Positions 29,592-39,015 of a stretch of DNA of 64,000 nt are shown here, one piece after another. Origin of the DNA: Methanomicrobia archaeon (GTDB taxonomy: Archaea > Halobacteriota > Syntropharchaeia > Alkanophagales > Methanospirareceae); contig JAFGHB010000004.1 in the NCBI GenBank assembly GCA_016930255.1, forward strand, positions 1,444 to 65,443, given 5' to 3'. Numbering within the stretch: the stretch's first letter is position 1; the number at the start of each line of letters is the position of its first letter. The notes beneath the pieces are model-generated. The model had not been told where the DNA came from, searched no databases, and saw nothing but the letters and a program-made list of their open reading frames with translations. The position numbers and the translations under genes are program-made.

Positions 29592-30692
29592 ATGTCACAA
29601 CAAAGCGGTCCAAAACTACTCTACATCAATAACCTGAGAACAGTGCTGATCACACTCATTGTCATGCTCCATATCGCCATTACGTACGGTGCAACTGGTT
29701 CTTGGTATTACTACGAACATACCGGGGACGTTATCTCTGCGGTTCTTCTCACGCTCTTCACTGCGGTTGTGCAGTCCTTTGTCTTAGGATTCTTCTTTAT
29801 GATTTCCGGGTACCTCACGCCAGGATCGTATGCTCGAAAGGGACCGAGAACGTATTTGAAGGGCAGATTTATCCGGTTAGGCATTCCCCTCGTGGTCTAT
29901 TTTTTCGGTATCAACCCACTCATAGTGTATACGCTCTACGTCAGGTCGATGGGTGACTCGGTGCGCCTCCAGGATTTCTTTGGGACAGGTCCGCTCTGGT
30001 TTGTTCAGGCGTTACTGATCTTTTGTGTTGGTTATACCTTATGGAAGGTATTAAGCCCAGAAAATGTGAGCGGATTAAAGCAACAGCCGCAAAGCAGTCA
30101 GATCCTCGTCTTCGTCCTTATGCTATCACTTGCTAATTTCCTCGTTCGAATATGGTGGCCGATTGGTGAGAGCTTTTCAAACCTCCAATTCGGCTTCTTC
30201 CCTGGCTATGTAAGCCTTTTTGTCATTGGCATTATAGCCTATGACAATAAGTGGTTTGATAATTTCTCTGATTCCGTTGGAATGAGATGGCTGAAGCTTG
30301 CAGTACCCGCTATTTTCCTATTTCCTGTGATTGGCGTAATGGGCGGTGCAGTCGAAGATGTAACTCCGTTCTTGGGCGGCATTCACTGGCAATCGTTAGC
30401 ATATTCGCTGTGGGAAGCTTTTGTAGGCGCAGGTTTAATTGCTGGCCTCTTCGTTCTTTTTCGCAAAAGGTTTGATTCCCAGACGAGTTTTACCAGGACG
30501 CTATCGGACAACGCATATACCGTCTTCATAATTCATGCTCCAGTTATCGTGTTCGTTTCGTATGCACTGAGAGGACTCCCTATTTTTCCGCTGCTGAAAT
30601 TCGCTTTAGTGTCGGTTTTAGGAGTGAGTCTTTGCTTCGTGATAAGTCATTGTATTGTACGCAGGATTCCCTATTCAGAGAAGGTTCTATAA
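29592..30692 (+). CDS. acyltransferase family 3 membrane protein
   Basis: Polytopic membrane ORF. The N-terminal LYINNLRTVLITLIVMLHI block is typical of acyltransferase_3/OpgC-like proteins. ATG at 29592 is preferred over GTG at 29574. Confidence 0.65.
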   Translation: MSQQSGPKLLYINNLRTVLITLIVMLHIAITYGATGSWYYYEHTGDVISAVLLTLFTAVVQSFVLGFFFMISGYLTPGSYARKGPRTYLKGRFIRLGIPLVVYFFGINPLIVYTLYVRSMGDSVRLQDFFGTGPLWFVQALLIFCVGYTLWKVLSPENVSGLKQQPQSSQILVFVLMLSLANFLVRIWWPIGESFSNLQFGFFPGYVSLFVIGIIAYDNKWFDNFSDSVGMRWLKLAVPAIFLFPVIGVMGGAVEDVTPFLGGIHWQSLAYSLWEAFVGAGLIAGLFVLFRKRFDSQTSFTRTLSDNAYTVFIIHAPVIVFVSYALRGLPIFPLLKFALVSVLGVSLCFVISHCIVRRIPYSEKVL

Positions 30693-30823
30693 GGTAATGA
30701 CCGCAACATTCGCTCAGGCATCGTCTGCCTTCTAACAAGGGAGGCTAAAGCCCTACGTGCCTTTCGGGACACCGTTTTCTGCGATCGCAGCGCCACATTT
30801 ATTAGTGCTTAGAATGTATCTAA

Positions 30824-31555
30824 ATGGGAGTGAAAATGAGACGCACTCTGGAAACTACTAAAACTCCGAAAAAAGAGAGGCGGGACTATCTCAAAATAGC
30901 GGTTAAGGGCGTTTTTTCACTCTTATTCATTATCGCCTTCATTTTCCTCTTAGCTGGTAGATTAACGTACTGGCAGGGCTGGGTCTTCAGTATCGTCATG
31001 GTGCTGCTCGTTCTGATTCAGCTTATCGCGTTCGCCGATAAAACCGACCTTGCCCAGGAACGGTTCAAACCCGGACCAGGCACGAAGTGGTGGGACAAAG
31101 TATTCTGGGTATTGTATGCACCGCTATTCTTCGCTATCTTCATCATTGCATGTTTAGATGCCGGACGGTTTCTCTGGTCCCCCCACTTGCCGCTGGTGGT
31201 TTACGTAATCAGTTACATAGCATTCATCTTCTCGATTTACCTCTATTCCTGGGCGATGTGGGTAAACAAATGGTTCTCCAGCACGGTCCGCATCCAGACG
31301 GATCGAGCGCAGCAGGTGGTGCAGGACGGCCCGTACCGGTATGTCCGACATCCGGGCTACGTGGGCGGCATTCTCATGGCGATCAGCACCTCGTTGGTTC
31401 TGGGCTCGTTATGGGGGCTCATACCTGCGGTTTTTGTGGTTATACTGCTTATTATCCGCACCTACTTGGAAGACGTCACGTTACAAAAGGAATTGCCGGG
31501 CTATTTCAACTATACGAAAAAAGTACGGTATCGGCTTGTGCCTCGGATGTGGTAA
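30824..31555 (+). CDS. isoprenylcysteine carboxyl methyltransferase (ICMT)-family membrane methyltransferase
   Basis: 243-aa membrane ORF with the GPYRYVRHPGYVGGIL signature. Confidence 0.7.
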   Translation: MGVKMRRTLETTKTPKKERRDYLKIAVKGVFSLLFIIAFIFLLAGRLTYWQGWVFSIVMVLLVLIQLIAFADKTDLAQERFKPGPGTKWWDKVFWVLYAPLFFAIFIIACLDAGRFLWSPHLPLVVYVISYIAFIFSIYLYSWAMWVNKWFSSTVRIQTDRAQQVVQDGPYRYVRHPGYVGGILMAISTSLVLGSLWGLIPAVFVVILLIIRTYLEDVTLQKELPGYFNYTKKVRYRLVPRMW

Positions 31556-31600
31556 GGTAAAAAGTGAAATAGAATATGCTCTTCGTTATATACTGAGACC

Positions 31601-32404
31601 ATGCACTCCCAAAAACTAGAAATTGTTTACCGGAACCACCCGCTCCTGATCGACTATTTCATACTACGTCGTGCTGGAAACGACGCAGTAGTGTATCTCC
31701 ACGGCTTGGGCTGCTCTAAGAACGATTTCTTAGAGGCCATAAATAGCCCCGAGCTGAAAGAGTACACGCTCGTCGGGTTCGATTTCCCCGGCTGCGGCAA
31801 CTCCCCTTATCCTAGTGGTTTCCATCTCGAAATAGACGATCTGGTCGAGATCACGCACTTAGTACTATCGAAGCTGCAGATAGACGAGTTCGTCATTGTT
31901 GGCCACAGCATGGGCGGGCTCGTTGCTCTCTTGTACGCAGAGAGATATAAAGAGCACGTAAAAGGCTTCGTTAACGTAGAAGGTAATTTAGCGCCAGAAG
32001 ACTGTTTCTTCTCCCGCGAGGTCACGCAGCATAGTTTCGATTATTTTACCACGGCCGCTCTTCCAGAGCTAAAGCGCCGCTTAACGCACTCACCGAACCG
32101 AGGATTCCGCAACTACGCGGAGACGTTAGGAAAAGCGTCTGAAAGAGCTTACTTTGATTACTCCCCTCCTTTAGTGGATTATTCTGATAGCGGTAGCTTG
32201 GTTCGACGGTTCATTGGACTACGAATGCCTAAACTGTTCGTCTACGGCTCTGAGAATCGCGGCTTGTCCTATTTGCCAACATTAAAAGAGGGCGGATGCG
32301 AAACGGTCGAAATACCTCGGAGCAATCATTTTCCCGGTTACGATAATCCGCACGCATTTTATCAGGCAATTGCCGCATTTTTGCAGACGAACGTCTCACG
32401 GTAA
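31601..32404 (+). CDS. alpha/beta hydrolase
   Basis: 267-aa ORF with the HG oxyanion motif (VYLHGLG) and nucleophile elbow GHSMGG. Confidence 0.7.
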   Translation: MHSQKLEIVYRNHPLLIDYFILRRAGNDAVVYLHGLGCSKNDFLEAINSPELKEYTLVGFDFPGCGNSPYPSGFHLEIDDLVEITHLVLSKLQIDEFVIVGHSMGGLVALLYAERYKEHVKGFVNVEGNLAPEDCFFSREVTQHSFDYFTTAALPELKRRLTHSPNRGFRNYAETLGKASERAYFDYSPPLVDYSDSGSLVRRFIGLRMPKLFVYGSENRGLSYLPTLKEGGCETVEIPRSNHFPGYDNPHAFYQAIAAFLQTNVSR

Positions 32405-32511
32405 AAGAAGAACCAGAGACTGTAAAAAGGCTAATGGAAGGCTAACCTTTAACAGACCTCATATCAAATTTGTTTTAACTGTTAACGGTTAGTAAAGAGG
32501 AGGGATCTCCT

Positions 32512-35268
32512 TTGCGGCAAGATAAAAACTGGTATCAACAGCCGGTGGATCAGGTTTTTGACGCCTTACTCGCGAGCGCGCGGGGGCTCACGGTCAGTGA
32601 GGCAAAAACACGGCTTGAGCGCTATGGCTATAACGAATTGGTGTTCAAGAAACGGGGGCCGCTTGTCCGGTTCCTGATGCAGTTCCACAGCTCATTAATC
32701 TACGTGCTTATCATAGCCGCCATCGTTACCGCTTTTCTCAGCATTACGGGCGAAGGGGAGATGTGGATGGATACGGCAGTTATCCTGGCGGTCGTCCTTG
32801 CCAACGCCATAATCGGCTTCATTCAAGAGGGCAAAGCGGAAGCAGCGGCTGAAGCACTGGAGAAACTGATGACTCCTGAGTGCACCGTGCTCCGAGACGC
32901 TACGCAGGAGATTATCCCAGCACGGGAGTTGGTACCCGGTGACGTGGTTCTGCTGGACGAAGGCAAAAAGGTGCCCGCGGATTTGCGGCTGTTCTATATA
33001 AAGGACATGAGTGCAGATGAAGCGACACTCACTGGCGAGTCCGTGCCGGTAAGGAAGATGACCGAGCCGATTGCAAAGCCCAACTTAACACCCGCGGATC
33101 AGTACTGCATGGCGTTCAGCGGGACGTTCATCACCAACGGCTCGGGCAAGGGGGTGGTCGTCGCTACCGGCAAGCATGCCGAAATTGGCAGAATCGCGGA
33201 ACTGGTGGAAGAGACAGAAGAGACCATCACACCGCTCATGCGAAAGATGGCGGATTTTACGCGATTGTTAATCATTGCGATCCTTGCCATTGCAGCGCTT
33301 AATTTCCTACTCGCAGTACGATTTGGCTTCCCTCCTGTGTATTCATTCCTTGCCTCGGTCTCGTTAGCGGTTGCCGCGATACCGGAAGGACTACCCGCGA
33401 TACTCACCATTACCTTAGCGTTTGGCGCAATGACCATGGCACGGCGCAATGCGCTCATAAAGAAGTTACCGGCTGCAGAAACCCTCGGCGTCACGACGGT
33501 CATCTGCACTGATAAAACCGGCACGCTCACCAAGAACCAAATGACGGTATCGCGAATCTACAGCGGAGGCAGGGATTACATGGTGAGTGGTGTTGGCTAT
33601 GAGCCCAAAGGAGAGTTCTTTCGGGGAGGGCTCACCATTAACCCTGAAAACGAGGGCGAAGCACTGACTGAAACCCTGAGAGGGGGTTATCTGTGCAACA
33701 ACGCTGTGCTTGAAGAGTCTGAAGAAAGAAGGTACAGCATCGTTGGCGATCCTACAGAAGGGGCGCTCGTCGTTTCTGCACGTAAAGCGGGTATTTCCGA
33801 CGACCGCGCCAAATTAGATGAGATACCGTTCTCTTCTGAGCAGCAGTACATGGCTACATTGCACGAGTGCCCGCGCGGGAATGCCATTTATGTGAAAGGC
33901 TCACCGGAGCGGGTTTTACAATTGTGCCAAAAACAACTGGTCAACGGACAGAGTGAACCGCTGCGCAGTGATGTAATCTTAGCAAAGGCGAGCGAGCTGG
34001 CGGGAGAGGCTTTGCGTGTTCTGGGTATGGCGTATAAGCTCGTACCCGCAGAAAAAAGGGAATTGAATCGCGAGGATTTGGAAGGGCTGACGTTCCTCGG
34101 GCTCCAGGGGATGATCGACCCGCCCAGAGAAGAAGTGATGGAGGCGGTAAAGAAATGCAAGCGTGCAGGCATCCGCGTCGTGATGATCACCGGTGACCAT
34201 GCACAGACCGCGAAAGCGATTGCACAGCAGATAGGAATTGGCGAAGACGACGCGAGAGTGCTGATCGGGGAAGAGCTCTCACGAATGAGTGATGATGAGC
34301 TGTACGAGGTTGTGGATACCGTTTCGGTATATGCCCGGGCTGCTCCGGAACATAAGTTCAGAATAACCAAGCAGTTGCAGCGCAGGGGGCATATTACCGC
34401 TGTTACCGGCGATGGCGTAAACGACGCGCCCGCGCTCAAGGCTGCGGACATCGGGATCGCTATGGGGATAACGGGAACCGAGGTGAGCAAAGAAGCCTCA
34501 GATATTATTCTTACAGACGATAACTTCGCCAGCATCGTGGCCGCGGTAGAAGAAGGTCGATACGTCTACGATAACATCCGAAAAATCATTCTGTACACGC
34601 TGCCGACAAATGGCGGGCAAACGATGCTGGTCTTAGGCGCAATACTATTGGCACCATTTTTACCCATCTTCAATCCGCATTTAGGCGGAAGTCTTCCTAT
34701 CGCACCCGTGCAGATCCTCTGGATAAACTTGCTCGACGCCGTTGCGCTCGCACTGCCGCTCATCAGAGAGCCGAAGGAGAAGGGACTGCTCGATAGACCG
34801 CCACGCAGCCCTGATGAACGTATAATCGATAGTCCGTTCTTCAAGAAAGTCGGAATAGTATCGCTGGCAATGGCACTCGCAGGGTTCTTTATGTACTATA
34901 TCGCCACGCGAATATGCGCGGGCGATCCCGAGGTTCTGACAGAGGCACAAACGGCGGCATTCACTACCGTAATGCTGGTTCACATCTGCTACCTCTTCAC
35001 CGCGCGGTCAATCACCGAGTCTGCGTTCAGGTTCAGTCCGTTCTCGAACAAATGGGTGCTCATCGGCGCGGCACTCACGCTCGGGCTCCAGCTCATTATA
35101 ATCTACGCTCCGCCGTTTATTGGCATCAATCCGCTGAGAACTGCGCTCTTGCCGGCCGAATGCTGGCTTGTCATGGTTATACTCGCGATCCCGATATTCT
35201 TCATCATCGAGTTCGAGAAGTTTTTAACTAAGCGTCGAGAAGAGAGGAGAGCGGGGTTTAAAGCGTAG
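32512..35268 (+). CDS. cation-transporting P-type ATPase (type II, Ca2+/Mg2+-like)
   Basis: 918-aa ORF (TTG start as given) with TGES, the phosphorylation site ICTDKTGTLT, MITGDH and the hinge VTGDGVNDAPALK. Confidence 0.9.
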   Translation: MRQDKNWYQQPVDQVFDALLASARGLTVSEAKTRLERYGYNELVFKKRGPLVRFLMQFHSSLIYVLIIAAIVTAFLSITGEGEMWMDTAVILAVVLANAIIGFIQEGKAEAAAEALEKLMTPECTVLRDATQEIIPARELVPGDVVLLDEGKKVPADLRLFYIKDMSADEATLTGESVPVRKMTEPIAKPNLTPADQYCMAFSGTFITNGSGKGVVVATGKHAEIGRIAELVEETEETITPLMRKMADFTRLLIIAILAIAALNFLLAVRFGFPPVYSFLASVSLAVAAIPEGLPAILTITLAFGAMTMARRNALIKKLPAAETLGVTTVICTDKTGTLTKNQMTVSRIYSGGRDYMVSGVGYEPKGEFFRGGLTINPENEGEALTETLRGGYLCNNAVLEESEERRYSIVGDPTEGALVVSARKAGISDDRAKLDEIPFSSEQQYMATLHECPRGNAIYVKGSPERVLQLCQKQLVNGQSEPLRSDVILAKASELAGEALRVLGMAYKLVPAEKRELNREDLEGLTFLGLQGMIDPPREEVMEAVKKCKRAGIRVVMITGDHAQTAKAIAQQIGIGEDDARVLIGEELSRMSDDELYEVVDTVSVYARAAPEHKFRITKQLQRRGHITAVTGDGVNDAPALKAADIGIAMGITGTEVSKEASDIILTDDNFASIVAAVEEGRYVYDNIRKIILYTLPTNGGQTMLVLGAILLAPFLPIFNPHLGGSLPIAPVQILWINLLDAVALALPLIREPKEKGLLDRPPRSPDERIIDSPFFKKVGIVSLAMALAGFFMYYIATRICAGDPEVLTEAQTAAFTTVMLVHICYLFTARSITESAFRFSPFSNKWVLIGAALTLGLQLIIIYAPPFIGINPLRTALLPAECWLVMVILAIPIFFIIEFEKFLTKRREERRAGFKA

Positions 35269-35341
35269 AGGCGCGGTATTAAAGCAGGTTTATAATTATG
35301 AAAGGCGTTTATTGATAAAAGGACTCTGAACGAAGTGAACG

Positions 35342-35623
35342 ATGAGACGTGTAATCTGGTGGCTGATTGTCGGTACGAAAGGCGGCGTAAATCGTGCGCG
35401 GATAATACGGGCATTAAATGAACGACCCTATAACGCCAATCAGTTGTCAGAGGTCCTAGAATTGGATTACAAGACCGTACGACACCATCTCAAAGTCCTT
35501 CTGGATAACAAGATCATCACCGTAGCAGGTGATGGATACGGATCGGTGTATTTCTTATCATCAGGTATGGAGGAAGAGTATGAAGTCTTTAAGGAATATC
35601 TGGATAAAGTGTGGAATAAATAA
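35342..35623 (+). CDS. winged-helix (ArsR-like) DNA-binding protein
   Basis: 93-aa ORF. RARIIRALNERPYNANQLSEVLELDYKTVRHHLKVLLDNKIITV is a wHTH. It lies directly upstream of the paralogous membrane-protein gene. Confidence 0.6.
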   Translation: MRRVIWWLIVGTKGGVNRARIIRALNERPYNANQLSEVLELDYKTVRHHLKVLLDNKIITVAGDGYGSVYFLSSGMEEEYEVFKEYLDKVWNK

Positions 35624-35662
35624 TATAAGCGCAAAAAAGAGAGAGGATAGAAGGTGATAAAG

Positions 35663-35980
35663 ATGCCGGGACCTCAGCCTCTGCCAAGCATGTGGCTCAT
35701 CAATCTCCAGGCGCTCATAACGCTCGGAAACGTTATCCTTTTGCTCTGTCTGCTCTTCATCTACGCGAAGAACTACGAGCAGATCAAGTCGAAATTCGCG
35801 CTGGGCTTGATCGCCTTTGTTATTCTTCTGATTGTGCAGGCATTCATCTCGAATCCGTTCGTCGCTTTTTTGTGGGGCTTTCGGCATCTCGACGCGCTGG
35901 GCCTCCTCAGGATAGTGTCTGAGTGGTTTGAATTTGCGGCATTGGCGATCCTCTTGTATATCAGCCTGAAACCCGAGTAG
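35663..35980 (+). CDS. small three-TM membrane protein, paralog of 42617-42937
   Basis: ATG follows GAAGGTGAT. The 105-aa product shows clear homology to the 42617 product (shared LGN(V/I)ILLLCLL, NY.QIKSKFALGLIAFVILL, FEF.ALAILLYISLK). Confidence 0.6.
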   Translation: MPGPQPLPSMWLINLQALITLGNVILLLCLLFIYAKNYEQIKSKFALGLIAFVILLIVQAFISNPFVAFLWGFRHLDALGLLRIVSEWFEFAALAILLYISLKPE

Positions 35981-36025
35981 CTGAATTCTGAAAAGCGTTC
36001 AAAGCTCATCAAAAGGCTCCAAGCG

Positions 36026-36080
36026 AATTTGGGTACGATTTGGGTCGAATTTGGTAAAAAAGAAAGGCTTATGTGTAGCT
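36026..36080 (+). promoter_or_regulatory. triple 11-bp-phased TTTGGGT direct repeat plus conserved AGAAAGGCTTATGTGTAGC box (copy A)
   Basis: TTTGGGT at 36028 and 36039 and TTTGGT at 36050, then aaaaaagaaaggcttatgtgtagc. It ends about 55 nt upstream of ATG 36134. Near-identical elements occur at 37758 and 41725. Confidence 0.6.
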
Positions 36081-36133
36081 CATTCTCTAACTATAGTCGT
36101 GGAGAGATTCTGAAAGAATCGGAGGTATAAGAG

Positions 36134-36769
36134 ATGAGAATGATGAGAATAAGAACGAAAATAATTGCTGGTTTGCTGGTTCTGGCACTGATAGCAATCG
36201 CCACTGAGGTTGTTCTAGCTCTAGGAGATGTAGGTATGCAATCACCTGAGGGTAGGCAGCCACATGAAGGCAATCGATCTCCCGTAATAGCACCGCGGTG
36301 GCCTGAGGGGCAATGTGATGATATGAACCAGTTGACGGAGGAGGAGAGAGAAGAGATCCAACAGCAAATGCACGAGTTCATGCAGGAGCTACGTGAGCAG
36401 TACAGTGGCGATCTGACGGAAGAGGAGCGCGAAGCGATGGATCAAGAGCTGCAAACCTTCTGGGCGCAGATTTGCGATCAGTACAATATCTCGTGCCCCG
36501 ACGGGTATCGCTATTGGGCTACGGAGGGCGTTGGTACCAATGACACCATCGGACCGGAGAGGCAAATGCCTGAGCGTAGACCTGTCGCAGGGGGAGATGG
36601 CGGGAATTTCAATGAAACCGCAAGGCAGGAACAGCAAAGGGATGAGAATGGGCCTGGACGTGTTGCCAAATGGCTCGGGAATATCAAAACGTTTTTCCAG
36701 AATTTGGTAGGCCTAAAGGCGTATTTGAGTTCAGTTGGGGTGATCGAGTTACAAATCGGGAGAGTATGA
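36134..36769 (+). CDS. secreted E/Q-rich helical protein, LTxxQ (CpxP/Spy/ZraP)-like, paralog of 41847
   Basis: Signal peptide, then NQLTEEEREEIQQQMHEFMQELREQY and DLTEEEREAMDQELQ repeats, with a conserved YNISCP block shared with the 41847 product. Confidence 0.55.
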   Translation: MRMMRIRTKIIAGLLVLALIAIATEVVLALGDVGMQSPEGRQPHEGNRSPVIAPRWPEGQCDDMNQLTEEEREEIQQQMHEFMQELREQYSGDLTEEEREAMDQELQTFWAQICDQYNISCPDGYRYWATEGVGTNDTIGPERQMPERRPVAGGDGGNFNETARQEQQRDENGPGRVAKWLGNIKTFFQNLVGLKAYLSSVGVIELQIGRV

Positions 36770-36802
36770 GTAACGAGGTTAAAAAAGAGGTGATGTAGCG
36801 AA

Positions 36803-37606
36803 ATGGACCGTAAAGATGTAATAATTGCTGTACTTACCATCCTCTTGCTCGGCTCGACCTCGGCTTCGTGCCTCATTTATCAGCAGCAACATGGGATAGA
36901 AGATGTGCAGAGGGTCCTTGGAGTTTTCAGTAATCTTAATAGCGGAACCGCCGGCAACGAGGGTTCGTTCGCTTTTACAGGTGTGTCTCAAGGTGTCAGG
37001 AACGCTACGGCCAATATCGTTGCGGTACGAAGCGATACCAGCATGGGCGAGATAGGAAAGGTGCATGTGGAGATCAACGAAGGAACAGGGAATGTTCTGG
37101 TGAATACGAATCCGTTTACCGAGCCTGATACGCAATATTCCGTGCGAGAAGCAGTCGAAGTGGCTACCGACTTCACACAGGCGAGTATCGCGGATAAAGA
37201 TATCGTTATCTCGTTTGAGATCAACGGCTCGCTGGTTGGGGGGCCGTCAGCCGGAGCAGCGACCACTGTCGCTATCATAGCAGCACTGGAAGGTGAAAGC
37301 GTACGACAGGACGTGGCAGTCACGGGCACGATCGAAGAAGGCGGCGTCATCGGGCAAGTAGGCAGTGTGTTTGAGAAGGCTATCGCAGCAGAGAATAATA
37401 ACATGACGCTCTTTCTCGTGCCAGACGGTCAAGAAATGGTGGTCTATTACGAGCAACAAATCGAAGATCGAGGTAGATTTGACTTCAGGTTTAAGCGGGT
37501 CTATTACACGTCCAAAGAGATCGATCTCGGCGAGTATTTCCAGGGAGAGATGAACGTGAAGGAAGCCTCGACAATTGATGATGTGGTGTCGTACATGATC
37601 ACCTGA
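36803..37606 (+). CDS. membrane-anchored S16 (Lon C-terminal-like) serine protease without ATPase domain
   Basis: N-terminal TM, then GGPSAGAATTVAIIAALEG (catalytic Ser), VAVTGTIEEGGVIGQVGSVFEKAIAA (catalytic Lys). Confidence 0.7.
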   Translation: MDRKDVIIAVLTILLLGSTSASCLIYQQQHGIEDVQRVLGVFSNLNSGTAGNEGSFAFTGVSQGVRNATANIVAVRSDTSMGEIGKVHVEINEGTGNVLVNTNPFTEPDTQYSVREAVEVATDFTQASIADKDIVISFEINGSLVGGPSAGAATTVAIIAALEGESVRQDVAVTGTIEEGGVIGQVGSVFEKAIAAENNNMTLFLVPDGQEMVVYYEQQIEDRGRFDFRFKRVYYTSKEIDLGEYFQGEMNVKEASTIDDVVSYMIT

Positions 37607-37757
37607 GATTGCAACCCATGATAGACAAATACTTTTGTGCGATGCGGCAACAGGAGAGGGTTTTAAAACGCTCCGGTAGCTTTCTTTTTAGTTTACAACC
37701 TTACGTTGTGGCTCTACACAGCGTTGGCGTGGTAAGAGAGATTCAAACAACTTGGGT

Positions 37758-37812
37758 GAGATTTGGGTCTAATTTGGTAAAAGAGAAAGGCTTATGTATA
37801 GCTATTTCTAAC
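37758..37812 (+). promoter_or_regulatory. triple 11-bp-phased direct repeat plus conserved box (copy B)
   Basis: CTTGGGT at 37760, TTTGGGT at 37771 and TTTGGT at 37782, then aaaagagaaaggcttatgtatagc. It lies about 155 nt upstream of the ABC ATPase start at 37966. Confidence 0.55.
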
Positions 37813-37965
37813 CCTTGACCGGGAAGAACCATACGTGAAAAGTGATGCGAAGATGGAGCAGAAGATCGAGATGATTGAAGAAACCGATAAAGTAGAACCG
37901 CATCTCCCCAGATGTAGAGGGGCTCGTAGCACATACAGAGTTCGAACTTCGCTAGGGGGTAGGCT

Positions 37966-38679
37966 ATGAGCCCCTCTGGACTAGATACGGTCATTCAGTT
38001 AGAGAATGTCTGGAAGATCCATCAGATGGGCAATGTTCAAGTGTCAGCGCTACGGGGTATTGATCTAGAAGTAGAGCGAGGCGAATTTTTAGCCATCGCG
38101 GGTGCGAGTGGGAGTGGCAAGAGCACGATGATGAACCTCATCGGTTGTCTAGATCTGCCAAGTAAGGGAACAATTCGGTTGGACGGTACCGATATCGCGA
38201 GTTTTCGCGAGTCGCAATTAGCGCAGATACGCGGCCAGAAAATCGGGTTCGTCTTCCAGCAGTTCAATCTGATTCCCACACTCACCGCTTTGGAGAATGT
38301 TATGCTCCCTCAGGAGTTCCAGGATGTTGAATCCGCACGGGCGAGAGAGAGAGCTCTCGAGCTGCTCGAGCTGGTGGGGTTGGGAGAACGAGTGCACCAC
38401 CTGCCCTCTCAACTATCGGGCGGGCAGCAGCAACGTGTGGCGATCGCGAGAGCCTTGGCCGTTGACCCCGACATAATCCTCGCCGACGAGCCGACCGGGA
38501 ATCTGGACAGCAAGACTGGCGAATTCATCATGAATTTGCTGAGCGAGGTACACGGGAACGATAGCAAAACGATTATTCTGGTGACGCACGATTTCTACCT
38601 GGTAAAGCGAGCGGAACGGGTTGTGTATCTCAAAGACGGCCAAATCGAGCGAGAAGAGCATAACCATAAGAACAACTAG
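37966..38679 (+). CDS. ABC transporter ATP-binding protein (MacB/LolD-type)
   Basis: Walker [11 protein letters not shown]-loop, signature [15 protein letters not shown], Walker [12 protein letters not shown]. Confidence 0.9.
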   Translation: MSPSGLDTVIQLENVWKIHQMGNVQVSALRGIDLEVERGEFLAIAGASGSGKSTMMNLIGCLDLPSKGTIRLDGTDIASFRESQLAQIRGQKIGFVFQQFNLIPTLTALENVMLPQEFQDVESARARERALELLELVGLGERVHHLPSQLSGGQQQRVAIARALAVDPDIILADEPTGNLDSKTGEFIMNLLSEVHGNDSKTIILVTHDFYLVKRAERVVYLKDGQIEREEHNHKNN

Positions 38680-38685
38680 GGTGAG

Positions 38686-39015
38686 ATGAATAAAATGCTA
38701 ATTTGTGATGATTGTGTTAATTATTTCTTGGGGTGTCCAGTAAGTAGCTATCCGATACGTTATGGCTTGTGTGAACTTTGCGGTAACAAAGCGCACTGCT
38801 ACGATATGCACATCCAAAAAAACAAAACAAATGTGAGAAATAAAGTGCATACTACTGCTGATATAATACGAGAAACGATAAGGATGCTGTATTACCCTGA
38901 TATCGATAAGAACGATGGATTGAAATTAGCGGACTATACAATAAGGAAAGTATCTGGCAGAACACCAGAAGAATTAGCTGAATTGGTGTTAAAAAAGGAG
39001 GTAAAAGATAAATGA
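38686..39015 (+). CDS. small zinc-ribbon-like protein
   Basis: 109-aa AT-rich ORF with CDDC...CELC Cys pairs, wedged between the ABC ATPase and the surface-protein gene. Its stop overlaps the next start (ATGA). Confidence 0.4.
   Translation: MNKMLICDDCVNYFLGCPVSSYPIRYGLCELCGNKAHCYDMHIQKNKTNVRNKVHTTADIIRETIRMLYYPDIDKNDGLKLADYTIRKVSGRTPEELAELVLKKEVKDK

Noticed and set aside
33888-34535. 215-aa minus-strand ORF (and other antisense ORFs at 33099-33533, 34566-34983)
   Set aside because: Antisense to the P-type ATPase, whose motifs (DKTGT, TGDGVNDAPALK) unambiguously define the coding strand.
37852-37929. 25-codon ORF (MEQKIEMIEETDKVEPHLPRCRGGS) between operator copy B and the ABC ATPase gene
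   Set aside because: It is too short, has no Shine-Dalgarno site, and its conservation cannot be assessed. It is more likely part of a 5' leader.
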